Below, piece by piece: positions 43,446 to 56,163 of a stretch of DNA of 64,000 nucleotides. Where the stretch lies: assembly GCF_040938485.1 (NCBI RefSeq), contig NW_027271495.1, positions 4,030,001-4,094,000 of the forward strand, read 5' to 3'. Position 1 is the stretch's first letter; each line of letters starts with the position of its first letter. A program made the position numbers and the translations under genes. The stretch comes from Diadema antillarum. Its lineage: Eukaryota. The notes beneath the pieces were generated by a model. It ran no database searches. It saw only the letters and a list, made by a program, of their open reading frames with translations, and was not told where the DNA came from.

Positions 43446-43727
43446 CGTATGTCATTATATCAACACTTAAGCTTGCTTGGTCTCCATATAAGGCACATTC
43501 ATATTCTCCAGAAGTCTCTTGACTAATTGTAAAGACTACCATAAGCTTTTCTCCAGATGCATCCAAGGAACTCTGATTTCGACTTATGCCAGAATCACCA
43601 CGTACACCATCCATGAGCCGGTAGAGGCTGACATCTGCTTCATTAGGTGGTGGCTTTCCTTCAACAACACAGGTGAGGGATGATGGCTGATTTGGATTTA
43701 CTTTGATACTGGTGAGACTGGAAATTC
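43446..43727 (-). CDS. Tie-like receptor exon: Ig-like domain 3 (GISSLTSIKVNPNQPSSLTCVVEGKP...SGEYECALY...DIMTY)
   Basis: Acceptor tcctttcag|GA and donor TACG|gtaag. 282 nt, phase 1-1. Canonical Ig Cys pair present. Confidence 0.9.
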
Positions 43728-44435
43728 CTGAAAGGAAAGAAAATAACAGTTGCACCATTCTCATGATAACGACTCTTAGTCTTCTTTAGTAGATAGCGGT
43801 TGAAATACACAGTTTCCTCACACCCTGGTGCAAAGTGATCCATTTTACAGGTGACTATAGAGAACAAGTTCACAGTGTCTTTGAGCATTGCCTATTAGTT
43901 AGTTCCCATCACAAGTTGATGAACAAATTTTTAGCTTAACAGGCCATATCACACTTGAACTAATATTGTTTATTCGTTTTAGTGACAAGTTGATGTTCTC
44001 TCATTGTATGACTGCTCACTTTTGTAAATATATAAAAACAAGGCTATTCGTAACATTTTCTTAATGTCAATCAATAAACTGATGGAAAAAGTCTTCCCCT
44101 ACTCCAATTTCACTAATTTGTAATCATTCTTGATAATGCTGACGCCGTAACAGAAATTGTAACATGAGGATGATGATGATGATAGTAATAATGATGCCTT
44201 ACCTAGGATGGCTTCTTCAGAGTAATTGCTTTATCAGAAGACCAAACTATTATTTTTTTTACCCAGTTTACTAGGTAGGTAGTGACATTGTGAGGAAGAA
44301 AAAAGAAAAAAAAATGCTCAAGGATGAATGTTCTAGGCCAGATTCAAAAAGAAGACCATACACCTGTCATTTCCACCGTACAAAGATGATCCCATTACTA
44401 AAAATCGTTATTTTAAGTTGCATTCTCTGCATTAC

Positions 44436-44567
44436 CTGTTTGACAGTCCCTCTCCACCCAGTTTGGTAGACACTGTCCTGTACAGATTCCTGACACTTTG
44501 TCACAGGTGCTTTCATCACAGTGGCATGGCTGTACACAACCAAGGCCATAGAATGCTCCAGGGCACT
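44436..44567 (-). CDS. Tie-like receptor exon: EGF-like 5 (ECPGAFYGLGCVQPCHCDESTCDKVSGICTGQCLPNWVERDCQT)
   Basis: Acceptor gatccaccag|AG and donor ACAG|gtaat. 132 nt, phase 1-1. Confidence 0.88.
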
Positions 44568-45205
44568 CTGGTGGATCATGCAAAGAAATGATGATGGATT
44601 CACTATATCAGGTACTAATACAAACTTCAAACAGTGAAAGGAAAAAAAAAACTTTGCACTATCAGTCAATGTCACAAGAATGATGGATTGTTAACTTCCA
44701 TTACCATTTAAGATTTTTTTTTTTTTGCACCGATTAAGCAGATATATGAGTCACATTATGCATTGATAATATTCAGGTATTTTTGTCATCCTATAATTAT
44801 TATTTCCAAGAAAGTAATTTTCAAGGAACAGATGGCATACATAATTGCCATGATTAAGTTGCAAAGTCCACAAGCAAAAACCAAAAAAAAAAAAAAAAGC
44901 AGAAGAAAATGTGATGTCACACATAAAACTAAAAGGCATTTAACCCCATACTAATACTCCGATTTTTTGTCGGTGCTCCCTAACGCTGTAATATTTCGAA
45001 ACAAAATTCTTTGACTTTTTTGTTGTGATCCTTCCCACACATTTTGATATCAAATACGGGTGTCAGATTACGTTAACCGAACACATATCGCTGAAACTTC
45101 ACTACTTCTACATATGAGTTTGTATAAACCTATGGACCAAATCAGAAACTTTTCCAAGTTATTCAAATACTTTCCATCATAACTTTCTCAAAAAGTGTAA
45201 AATAC

Positions 45206-45237
<32 letters not shown>

Positions 45238-45817
45238 CTCTCTCTCTCTCTCACTCTCTCTATCTCCCTCTCACAAATATACTTATGCACACACACCTAC
45301 CCCAGAGAAATATATAAGAAAATCGGAAAAGAATAAATTGTGTGCATAAGAAATAAAAATCACAACCTATTATTTCCTTTGCAGAATTGATAAGGAAGTT
45401 ATAAAAGACACTTGTACGAAAAATTGCTATTCCTAAAGCTTTATTCAGTGAGAAATACCCAAAGATGTGAATTCTCGCACGAATTAGAATGAATCAATTC
45501 ATATGAAATTAAAGGAAAGAACTTTTGTAAATTCAGCCACACGGGTGTGTAGATTATTTTATCCTCTACCCTCATGCAAAATTTTGAGGCAATCGGGAGA
45601 TCTACGGCCGAGATCTTGGGGTGATACAACCCCACTTCCCGGTTAAAACAAGACTGAAAATACACGATTTCTTTACCAGATTTTGTTAGTTTACAAGATA
45701 CAGGAAAAACACAATGTCCCGTAAAGGTATGAAATGTTGATGACTGGGTCTCAGGAATGTATTCAGAAGAAACTAGCAGAAAATTCAGAAAATCATGAAA
45801 GCATATTATGTTATCAC

Positions 45818-45970
45818 CTTGGCAGTTCACTCCATCATAGATGTTGAAGTAAGGAGCACACAGCTGATTTGGACACTCTCCTGTTATCTTGTCACATGGT
45901 GCATCATTTAAACAGTGGCATTTATCCGTGCAGTCAGGTCCATAGTAACCAACATCACAGACATCTGGGA
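45818..45970 (-). CDS. Tie-like receptor exon: EGF-like 4 (PDVCDVGYYGPDCTDKCHCLNDAPCDKITGECPNQLC...VNCQ)
   Basis: Acceptor tttttaccag|TC and donor CAAG|gtgat. 153 nt, phase 1-1. Confidence 0.9.
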
Positions 45971-46138
45971 CTGGTAAAAAGAATGAACAAATCAGGCATT
46001 AGAATTATTAACTTTATTGTTAGCATCCTTTTCTTCTTGCTCGATAATAGAGAAATTGGGGAAATACAGTCACCCACAGCAAAAATTGATACAATTGTGT
46101 ACTTTTCTTCTAAAAACACTTTAAAAATCTTTAAAACC

Positions 46139-46303
46139 AATGATCCTTCTCTTTCTTATGTATTGAGTTATATAAAAGATGCTCTTCTACCTTTTGATTA
46201 AAAAAATTAACCATGCACTACAATGATCCTTCTCTTTCTTAAGTATTGAATTATATAAATGATGCTCTTCTGCTTTTTTAATCAAAAAAGTAACCATGCA
46301 CTA
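46139..46303. repeat. Local 83-bp tandem duplication
   Basis: AATGATCCTTCTCTTTCTTA...AACCATGCACTAC occurs twice, starting at 46139 and 46222. Confidence 0.8.
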
Positions 46304-46368
46304 CTTCAAATTGTTTTTTTTTTCAATGCCAAATTTCAATTTAACCTAGAAAGTTACTTGCCATATAA

Positions 46369-47128
46369 AAACAAGGCAAGTGCCAACTTGTGTCTCGCCC
46401 ATTCGCGTACAAGAAATTAATATTTTTCTAACTCTCAGAAGTTCATTGACCCACCTATGACCTTTAACCTTGTGGTGACCTTCAACCCCCCAAGGGACAT
46501 TTACCATCCAAGTTTGGTCACAAACGGACAAAGGGTTCAAAAGTTATGAGCCATAATCGAAACGCGCCATAAAAACTAAACAATGGGCCCTAAACATTTG
46601 TTGACCCCTTTCTGTGACCTTTGACCTTGTGATGACCTTCACCTCCCCAAGGGACATCTACCATCCAAGTTTGGTCACAAACGGACAAAGGGATCAAAAC
46701 TTATGAGCCATAATCAAAATGCGCCATAAAAACTTAACATTGGGCCCTAAAAGTTCGTTGACCCCTGGCTGTGACCTTTGACCTTGTAGTAACCTTCAAC
46801 TTCTCATGGGACATCTACCATCTAAGTTTGGTCACAAACAGACAGATACATCAAAAGTTACGAGCCGTAAACGAAACACGCCCTAAAAACTTAACATTGG
46901 GCCCTTAAGTTAATTACCTCTGCCTGTGACCTTTGACCTTGAGGTGCCCTTCATGTTTGGTAAAATGTGTAACTTTGTATAACCACTCTTTCCTCCAAGT
47001 TTAATTGAAATTGAAATCCTTAGTAGAGAGTTATTTAAGTTTTTGCAGCGTTACGGACAGACGACGGACGGACGGACGCTGCAGGCGATCCCTTAGTCTC
47101 CCCACACCTCCGGTGGGCTTGACAAAAA
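46369..47128 (+). mobile_element. Helentron-associated (HINE, pearl/Tsp-like) element with ~156-bp internal tandem repeats
   Basis: About 3.3 monomers (TGACC anchors 46458, 46614, 46772, 46927), a (GGAC)n tract at ~47054-47077 and a 3' hairpin CCCAC-N7-GTGGG at 47101-47117. Confidence 0.65.
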
Positions 47129-47632
47129 TGACAGCTTTTGAAATGACAACTGTCAATAATTTAAAAAAAAATCTCACTTAGATGTCTTTTCAAGGCAATA
47201 TTACATACAATTTCCCTTTTTTATAGTCTTCCTTAATTACCATATACATGTAAATAGCTTTGAGAATAGTACAACCCATTTCATGGACACTAAGCCTTCT
47301 AGTAGTTACTTGTTTCATCCACAGGTTAATATCTGACTGAAATTCAAGAAAATGACATTCAGAAAATGGTATTGAAGAGGCAGTGAGAAAAATGCATCAC
47401 AGCCCATGTACATACAAAGTAGGATTAAATTTGCCATAACATTCAATGGGGCTATTTATTTTATACTTCACTTTTCATGATATGGTACTTGTGTCGATGT
47501 TCCTTCCAACAAGGATGCATTGTAGCAAGTAGATTTTGATCTTTTGTCTGTCTTGAAAAGATTTTCTTTACAGCAATACTGTAAATTCCAATGAGATTTG
47601 ATACGAAAGGCAGAGTAGGTTTCAATACTCAC

Positions 47633-47782
47633 TCTGACAATTGTTCCCAGACCAGTTTGTCTCACAGGCTGTAGTAGGTGTTTCAGAAGAATCTGTACAG
47701 ATTCCATTATATCTGTTGCATATACCAGACTGACAGTGACATGTTTGACTGCATCCAGCTCCATAACGTCCATTGGTACAAA
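47633..47782 (-). CDS. Tie-like receptor exon: EGF-like 3 (CTNGRYGAGCSQTCHCQSGICNRYNGIC...CETNWSGNNCQ)
   Basis: Acceptor atcacaaag|TT and donor CAGA|gtgagt. 150 nt, phase 1-1. Confidence 0.88.
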
Positions 47783-49205
47783 CTTTGTGATAGCAAAGAG
47801 GGTGAACACAGGAGACATGGAATATATTTTTGGGAAAAATGAAGAATCAGTTACAAAACAACAACAAAAACAACAACAACACATTATCTGAAGCTCTTGT
47901 AATGAGCTGAATGTGCTCCCACATTCAACATCATTCCATTATGACATACGGTGTATCGTCACATCAGAGCGAGTCTTTTCTGTATGCTTAAATATCAATT
48001 TCAAGTATAGTCCTTGTCTGCCATTTTTCATTGTTTCTCTATTGGTTAACTTCTAAAAGGTTAACACCTAAAAATAAAGTCAGATCCAACACATATGCTT
48101 CTCTGGAACAAACAACAAAACACCAACCACGATAAACCATGTTACACAACTCTTTTTTTCTGATCTTATAACCAAACAATTTAAGTATGTGGTAGAAATT
48201 ACACTAGCTAATCAGTGCTGATGTAACTAGCTATAGTTTATAAGACTTCTGTGAAATAAAAAATGGTTTATATAAGAAAATACATTCTATGCCCATAATT
48301 TTATACTATCAATAAAACATGGTTACATATGTGACCATGCATCACAAAACTAACAAAAAGTCATTCACCGTGATTTTATGTGAAGACTCAAAATAATTAA
48401 TATATAGGTCAATTTATCAATCTTGAGTTTTTCATATTATTTTTTTTTTGAAAGAGCAATTCTACTTCTACATTATGCTAAGGTTTGGGGTCATAGCAGG
48501 AATGGCATTTTTTTTCTGGATTTGTTTTTTTTTTTGTTTGTTTGTTTGTTTGTTTGGTTTTTTTTTTTTGGGGGGGGGGGGTAAATGCTGTGATTTAGTA
48601 TGTCTTAGAGGTTCTTTTAATTTCTCACAATCCCTTTACACATCCTTCCCTTTCAACTCTTGATAACTTTTGAAAAGATGATGCTATTGCTTTGAAGAGG
48701 TATTAGTCATGACTAGAATGCTGATGATAGAGCATGTTTAATTTCAATTTGAACTGATAATCCCTCAGTTGTTGTTGCTATGGAATTTTACATCATGTTT
48801 TCATCCCATTCAGTAAATTCAAGAATTGGGATCAAATAGTGGATTTGACCTACATATGCGCAGGTGTGCTGTGCTGTGCCTGAACCATACACTTTAATAC
48901 ATGGGCGTTAAATCTATGGCCTGAATCAGCCTTTTTCAGCCAATCTCTTCTCAAGGACAATTTACATTAATTCTTGAACACCAGCGTCAATTTTACACTA
49001 GCTTTCTTACATTCACTACTTACAGTATGTCAGCGAATTGGTGGGCCATGTAACCTGGCAAACCTTTCATAGACTTGAATGACCTGCTTCAGTCCGTCCT
49101 CAGTGAGAGGGGGGGGGGATGCAAGAAATGCACTACTAAGCGACTCAGGCTCATTCAAGCCTGTAAAAATGCATACAATCATGTATCGATCTTTGACGAT
49201 AGCCA

Positions 49206-49357
49206 NNNNNNNNNNNNNNNNNNNNNNNNNNNNNNNNNNNNNNNNNNNNNNNNNNNNNNNNNNNNNNNNNNNNNNNNNNNNNNNNNNNNNNNNNNNNNNN
49301 NNNNNNNNNNNNNNNNNNNNNNNNNNNNNNNNNNNNNNNNNNNNNNNNNNNNNNNNN
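49206..49357. other. Assembly gap (152 N)
   Basis: Run of N between the EGF2 and EGF3 exons. Confidence 1.
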
Positions 49358-49608
49358 TAAAATGACTGGCAGGCTCTTATATAGTTCTGTAGTGCTCAGA
49401 CAACTGAACTGGATGATAGAATCTTGCACTAGCACATCTGAGACTTTGACTTCTAGACAGTAAATACACAATAGCATCACACTTGTACTGCATGCATCGG
49501 GTTTTTTAAATTGTATTCACTCTCATGTAGTCATAGAGTGGGGAGACCGATTAATCTCAGTTTGCTGATTGTAGCCTTGAATAGACTCACAGGAGAATGA
49601 TTCCTTAC

Positions 49609-49773
49609 CTGTTTCACAGTTGATTCCTTGTCTTCCTGTGTCACAAGAACATCCAAATGGATCAGGCAGGCAGAACTGCAAAGGACTACAGGTGTCAGGT
49701 GGATCACTCGCTCTAAATGTACATCTGAACTCACAGTTTGGTCCAAATCGATTCCCACCATTTGGGTTGCAGA
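49609..49773 (-). CDS. Tie-like receptor exon: EGF-like 2 (CNPNGGNRFGPNCEFRC...QFCLPDPFGCSCDTGRQGINCET)
   Basis: Acceptor ttcttatag|TC and donor ACAG|gtaagg. 165 nt, phase 1-1. FCLPDPxGCSC is the motif seen in vertebrate Tie1/Tie2. Confidence 0.92.
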
Positions 49774-51534
49774 CTATAAGAAGAAATCAATCACACATAG
49801 GCCTATGTACTTAAATAAAGGTTTGCGGTAACTACAGTTGTATTTCAAACATTTTGCCAAAATGTCCATGATTCAATAAACATTGGTTGAATGCTGTCAC
49901 TGAACCACTCTGTAAGTGTAAGCATTGGTGTCCACTCTGTGTGCCTTGCGTATTATGCATCCATTGAACTGTTTGTGTATGTATGAATGTACTTCGATCA
50001 CGATCAGTTACACGTAAAGACATTGTAAAAAAGTGGCATGCAGTAACATGACACTATTATTATATGATTAACTCATATCTTGACAGACAGGTATCAGATA
50101 TATTGCCTTTCATAGCCTTTATTAGTTTGTTTTCAAATGATTGGTATCCAGGGCGTGCGCAGGCTGTCTTTATGAATATCCATTAACGGGGACCCAAATA
50201 TTAGAGTGTTAAGACGCTACTTATACACATCTATCATTTTAATCCGGGTTGGTCGCATAACAAGACAGTTCACAAAAACTGCATCTGTGTTTCCTGAAAA
50301 TGACATACTATTACTCCATGTTCCACAGAGTATATGACTCGTTCACAGTGTCTCAGCGTTTCTTGAAAATTAACATACTCATACTCCATCTTCCACAGAA
50401 TATGAGTCCTTTCATAGTGTCTCAGCGTTTTCTGAAAATTAATATGGACATAATTATGGTATCAATTTCCAAATTTTCCTACAAGACTAACAGGGTTAGA
50501 AGACATTGAACACTTTTATTTGAGGAAAATCATAACACATAAAAGACATTTCATGTAGATCCATTAGTCCATAATTCTGAAACCATTATGAGGTCTTGAG
50601 AGGAAGCATGAGTCTGCATTCACATGGATTTTCAAAGAAATGAGTATTGACCAACAAAGATAATGGGAAATAGACCTACTTGTATAGTTCCAATAGAGAG
50701 CACCTAATAACAATACAAATATCATATTTTGAAGTTTTAACAAGTTTTGTTAAACAATAATGTCAGTTAAAATCATATTTTCATCTGGAAAAGATATGAT
50801 GTCACTCACGACCTCACTTTCTCATATATACTTGCATTGAAATTCTACAGTCATTGTCAATTCAGAGAATATGGTCCTTTCCCCTGCTTAGAGTTGTTAC
50901 TACTTCAATCAAGGAAGGAAATTATGTTTTCATTGGCATGGTCTGTTTGTTTCTTTCTTTCTTTGTATGCTGTGTAAAAAAAAAATAAATAACTCGAAAG
51001 TGTGAATGAATTTAAATGAAACTTGCAGGAAAAGTTGATCATGACACAAGGGTCAGATGATTAAATTTTGGTAGTGACCCTAGAATTTGTACGGATTCCT
51101 GATTTTTTTTTAGCTTTTGGCAGATATATCGCATATCTGATGTTTACACACACGCTCTGAAGTGTTTAGCTGGAAGCTGATGACGTAAACAAAAGGCATC
51201 AGTATTGGGAAATTGGGCGATTGTCATCATGTGTGAATGGGTGGAAATGAGCTGCTTGGTTGAGGTTTGTGCTATCCGAGTGATTTATTTCTACATGTAG
51301 TATCTACCATTAAGTACAATTTTACGAAGATTTGAGGTGATCTATTTCTTTTGTGCCCATGTCAAGACAAAAAAAAATCTTTATATGATTCTTTCTATCA
51401 TTACAAAGTCAACTTGACAGTGGACTTTGCTTCACCTTACGTAGTTTATTAAGACATGACAAGCATGGTCATTTTTATATTTAGATCTCCATAAAGTTTG
51501 AATTTCCCTGGAGTATACATTGTTAATGAGATCA

Positions 51535-51536
<2 letters not shown>

Positions 51537-51576
<40 letters not shown>
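51537..51576. repeat. (AT)n microsatellite
   Basis: Directly visible, ~25 bp from the EGF1 donor. Confidence 0.95.
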
Positions 51577-51579
<3 letters not shown>

Positions 51580-51599
51580 AGTGTGTACAGTGTACTTAC

Positions 51600-51734
51600 T
51601 GTCTAAACAATTTGGTCCTTTGAAATTGTTTGGACAAATACACTTGCCAGTCTCATCATCACAAACTCCACCATTGTAGCATTTGTCACAGATCCTGGTG
51701 CAGTCAGTGGGGCCCCATTTACCAGCTGGACAAT
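51600..51734 (-). CDS. Tie-like receptor exon: EGF-like 1 (CPAGKWGPTDCTRICDKCYNGGVCDDETGKCICPNNFKGPNCLD)
   Basis: Manual translation. Acceptor atgcatag|AT and donor GACA|gtaagt. 135 nt, phase 1-1. Confidence 0.92.
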
Positions 51735-53289
51735 CTATGCATAAGAGAAAATAGAATTATGCAAGATGCAGCTAAATTTGAATTTATCCAACGTAACTAT
51801 AGGTCAATTGGCCAGATTCTAAAAAATAATTAACCTGACCTGACCAAAATCAAACAAGTGTATGTGTTTGCATGGTTCATCAATGCTTTTGTTTTCTTAC
51901 CTTTGTTTTCTTTTTTTTGCCATGATGGATCAAAATCATATTTCATTTAATTAGTACATTGTTTCACATGTAAACACTGTCCCTTTACCAGAATCTAGTG
52001 ACATATTTATCATACTGGAGCTTTGCAGGCAAGACCTTCAAAAAGTGGAAAAATGGAAAATGGCAGAGTACCTAAGCACAAAAAAAGGAAAAATTACATT
52101 AGACAATGCAGAAATCTGCACAAATGCAGAATATTTGGTGTCGGAAACATATGTCAAATTTTTGAATCCTCATCATCCAATCTACAGGGGATGAAATGAA
52201 AGAAATAAAACACCAATTGAACAAAACTGTAGATAACTGTGCAAGCATAAAGACTTGCAATTTGACAAAAAAAAAAAAGGTTCAACCATCAAATGAAACC
52301 AAAGCCCAATATAAATGTTCATTGAGTGAAAGTAGCAATAATAATAAACCACATCACTGTAATTTTGAGAAAAATTGGACAATTGATTAACAAGTTATGA
52401 ACCTTTCAAGTTTTGGTGTTATCATTGCTGGATAAGAAGGCTACTAGAGTTCATGACATCATTTCGGACGACAATATAAACAAAATATAAGGAAAAATTC
52501 CACAAAATCTTATTTTTCATGAAAAGCACACATCCCATAAGCATGTAACTAAGGGTAATAGTGTTCCGCCTAAGAAGTAACAACAATACTCTTTCATTAT
52601 GTTGGACAAGTGAAAATACATTGAATTTTCTTCTTCTTTTTTTTCTCTCTCTCTCTCTTTACATTGTTGGCCACAATGATGCCACGAAGTAAAGTAGTCT
52701 CATATCCAGTGATGACGGCAACGAAACCTAACAAAAAATCACAACTTTTGAATCAAATGTTTGATTTTCCTCAAACTTTCTAGAACAGACGTCTTCTACT
52801 GATATTGCTGCTTTCACTCAATCCTTTTTTTTCTTTTATTTGCTTTGGTTTCCTTCGATAGACGGACAGGTGTCATTTGTAATTTAGCCCAAGACTATAT
52901 CATATTTTGTAAATTGATAAGTGCTTACCACTATAAAGGCACAAAATAAAGATCCATTCTGCATGGATGATTCCAATCTATTTCCAAAGATACCTCAGCA
53001 TACATTCAGTAATCAGTGTCCATTCAAATCCATTGGTCAGTTTGTGTCAAGAATGTCATATACTTACCAGAAATGGGGGCTCTTGTTCTCTCATATTTTC
53101 ATGATACTGGAAAAGGCACTCTGTGTAAATTACTGTTTGTAAAGTTGCACTTTGACCACACCATGTCTATGATACCGACACCAGATTAAACTCTGACACA
53201 AATGCAGGCAGGTAGACGAAACATTGACAATTCTTTTCTACTGATACACTGCTTTCACTCACAAACTTGTCATAGATAAAATGACTTAC

Positions 53290-53562
53290 CACGAGCAATA
53301 ATTCTGTACAAGGCTCCCCTTCCTTGACCTCGCATGTTACTGTAGTGAATCTCATAGATGCCTTCATCCTCAGCCACAATTGGATTAGAGAATGTGAACG
53401 TAGTGGTCGTCTGTCCTGACACGGGAGCTCCTCCATCTTTTCTCCAGACAATGGTTCCAAAAGGACAACCAGGACTACCTGTAGCTATCATTTGAATTAT
53501 CACTCCTGTGTCACCTACATTCACTGTACGGGTGAATCTCTCATCCTCAGGCTCAAAGCATG
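53290..53562 (-). CDS. Tie-like receptor exon: Ig-like domain 2 (ACFEPEDERFTRTVNVGD...WRKDG...EDEGIYEIHY...LYRIIAR)
   Basis: Acceptor gcattag|CA and donor CGTG|gtaag. 273 nt, phase 1-1. Contains Ig C-strand W and D-x-G-x-Y motifs. Confidence 0.88.
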
Positions 53563-55184
53563 CTAATGCACAGAAATAATATAGTTTATAATCAATACAC
53601 CATGACTAGACTTGAATATTACTCTTCAGCTACAGATTGGTATGTTCTCTCTTTCATATTGTTTGACAGGCAGTCACGATCAAGATCAACTGTGTACACC
53701 CCAAATCCATATTGGCGATCATTTATCGCATTTGAAGGCAATATTGGCATTTTAAAAACCATCAATGTCAAGTACATAAGACCTGGCTTATAACTGTACT
53801 CGTGTCAAACATGTAGTTCAAAGAAAAATCGTATAAGATTGTTTCTCATATCCGAATTTAGGTTTGAAAATAAACGTTCGCTATAGTAGTTCAGTTCATT
53901 AAAGCTCACTTTATTTTAACATTACCATTTTTTTCTCAAAGAAATAGCAAACCCATTGGCACTTATGCAACAGAAAGGAATATAAAATATAAACCGCAAT
54001 GCATGTCATGTCTTTTGATTGCAGCAAATAAAGGACATACTGAACACAAATGTTACTGGCTATTTCATGGTATAAAGGTGTCTCAAAGTGACAGAAATAC
54101 ATAATGATGAGCCCCATACAATCATGCTAGCTTGTAAAACTGGATTTCAAATATCAGAGGTGTGGAAATTAATGTGATACTGACTACCTTATTTGCCCAA
54201 CATCTGTTGACAGCATTTATTTTTCAGTATTTTTTTATACATCTTTTTTCTTAGATTTTTTTTTTTTTGAAAGATTGTAGTGTGTGTTCTTGCGCCTTTG
54301 GTTTGTTTTGTCTTGTCTTTGGTAATGTTTAGTGTTTCCATAAAGGCTGTTTTTTCTTTCTTTTTTTCCTTCCCTCGTTTTCTGTCTATACGATTCTAGA
54401 GTTATTTGTGTTCATGTGTGTTAGAGAGTATAGTCCAAAAAAAAAAGAGGATTAGACGCCTGGTAATTTTACGATCATTGAATGCTATCAAATGTTGTTT
54501 TTTTGTGATTTCAAAAAGGTATAAATCATATGTTTTATGGAAAAGGACAATGTTTTTGTACTGATCAATAAAATCCAGAAATACCTTATATATCAGATTT
54601 TGGGAGGGACGCCAAGATAGATGGCACCAAAATGATCATAAGCTTGAATAAATCAAACTGACTGTTATTGTTATAGTATAGTGTGGGTGCAACAGTCAAA
54701 TTTCAGGCCTATACAACCTTGCTTTGTTGTCTGCTCATCGCTTTTGTTTGATGGTTTATCCTATTTGGAGGGTGGTAAAACAGAACTGGGATGATGTAAA
54801 TCCAGTCAAATTTCTATAGGGCCTTTACATATTCTGATAAATGATGGAGAAATTAAAAAAAAATGATATGGCTTGAACTAATTTTGAGCTGAATTCCAAT
54901 GATGCAACTCTTGCCCCCTTGAGTATTTCGAGGCATTCGAGGCTGTCAAAATGGCCAACAATAACTGAAATTCCAAAATATTTTCCAATGAATGGTACAA
55001 AAGCATAAAACCGTTAAGGTTTTTGAGGGTGGTATATCTGAATAATGCTGCTCTTCAACCCTGACAGCGTTGAATACGATAACTGGCCACTTATCTAGTA
55101 TAACCAAGATAAGCCAAAAGACATACCAGTAGAAAGGGATTGCAATGAACAAAAATCGAGAGGAGTAGTTCTCCGCTCAAAAAA

Positions 55185-55291
55185 CAAACAACAACAACAA
55201 CCAACCAACCAACCAAACAAACAAACAAAATAAAACAAAACCCCACATTCTCAATTTTGGCCCCGGGGAGAGGATGGGGACATTCAAGATG

Positions 55292-55338
<47 letters not shown>

Positions 55339-55390
55339 GCTCATACACACATACACACACCCGCGCGCGCGCGCGCACACACACACACAC
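55185..55390. repeat. Compound microsatellite cluster: (AAC)n, (AACC)n, (AAAC)n, (CA)n and (CG)n
   Basis: Directly visible. Other (CA)n/(GT)n tracts lie at ~45207-45260, ~58249-58278 and ~59880-59907. Confidence 0.92.
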
Positions 55391-56163
55391 TGATCACAAG
55401 GTGACAGATACCATGTTTTAGCCATTCATATCGTCCCTTAGTGTCATGTTTTCCTTGTTTGTTTGTTTTTCCTTACTTAAAAATGTCAAAATTTTCCACC
55501 GAAAGTGTTTACCAAAATGTTGAACTTCACACTTAAATATGCAAAAGCTTCCTTGCAAAGTAGGTGGATATCCCCTCTTACACCCTCTCGTTGCTTGGTC
55601 ACGATGCTTTTTCTCCCTGCATGTCCTTCTCCCCCGGAAACATTCCTGAGTATGACCATGCATGTACATACCCATCCCTGGGTGCTATTCTCCCTCAGAG
55701 TGATAAAATCACTTCACCTTTTGTGTTTTCTCCCCAGCCCCTTTCCGAGGTTTCTTACATGAAATCGCTGCAACTGGATGACAGCCACTTAATGACGTTT
55801 TAAGAATATACAGGTTTCAATATTTAAACAAAAAGCACGCACCAGTGACACTAGAGGAAATAATGCAACTTCACATCTTGGGAGCCATGTTGGCTGCCAG
55901 TTTTAAAGACATTTTGTATGTCTTTTAAGCATAGAGTCATTAGTGATATAGTTCCTACATATAGTTTTCTAGACTTTGATATCTTAAGGATGATGTTAAC
56001 AAAGACGTTTTCAGCGCGTGCATGAAAAAAAAAATCATTTCAGACACACCATGCATTATTAGGATATCTTAATAGAGATTGGCATTGTTGAGGTCATTTC
56101 GGATGCCACCCTTCCTTAGCTAAGACCGACATTCGTTCACCATTTATGAGAAAATTAGTTGTA

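Noticed and set aside
49075-49480. ORFs spanning the N gap and a possible extra exon at 49358-49453
   Set aside because: ORF lengths are artefacts of the Ns. The translation has no EGF or Ig pattern, and the EGF2 and EGF3 exons already join in frame.
55091-55425. Cys/Val-rich ORFs
   Set aside because: They are translations of (GT)n and related microsatellites.
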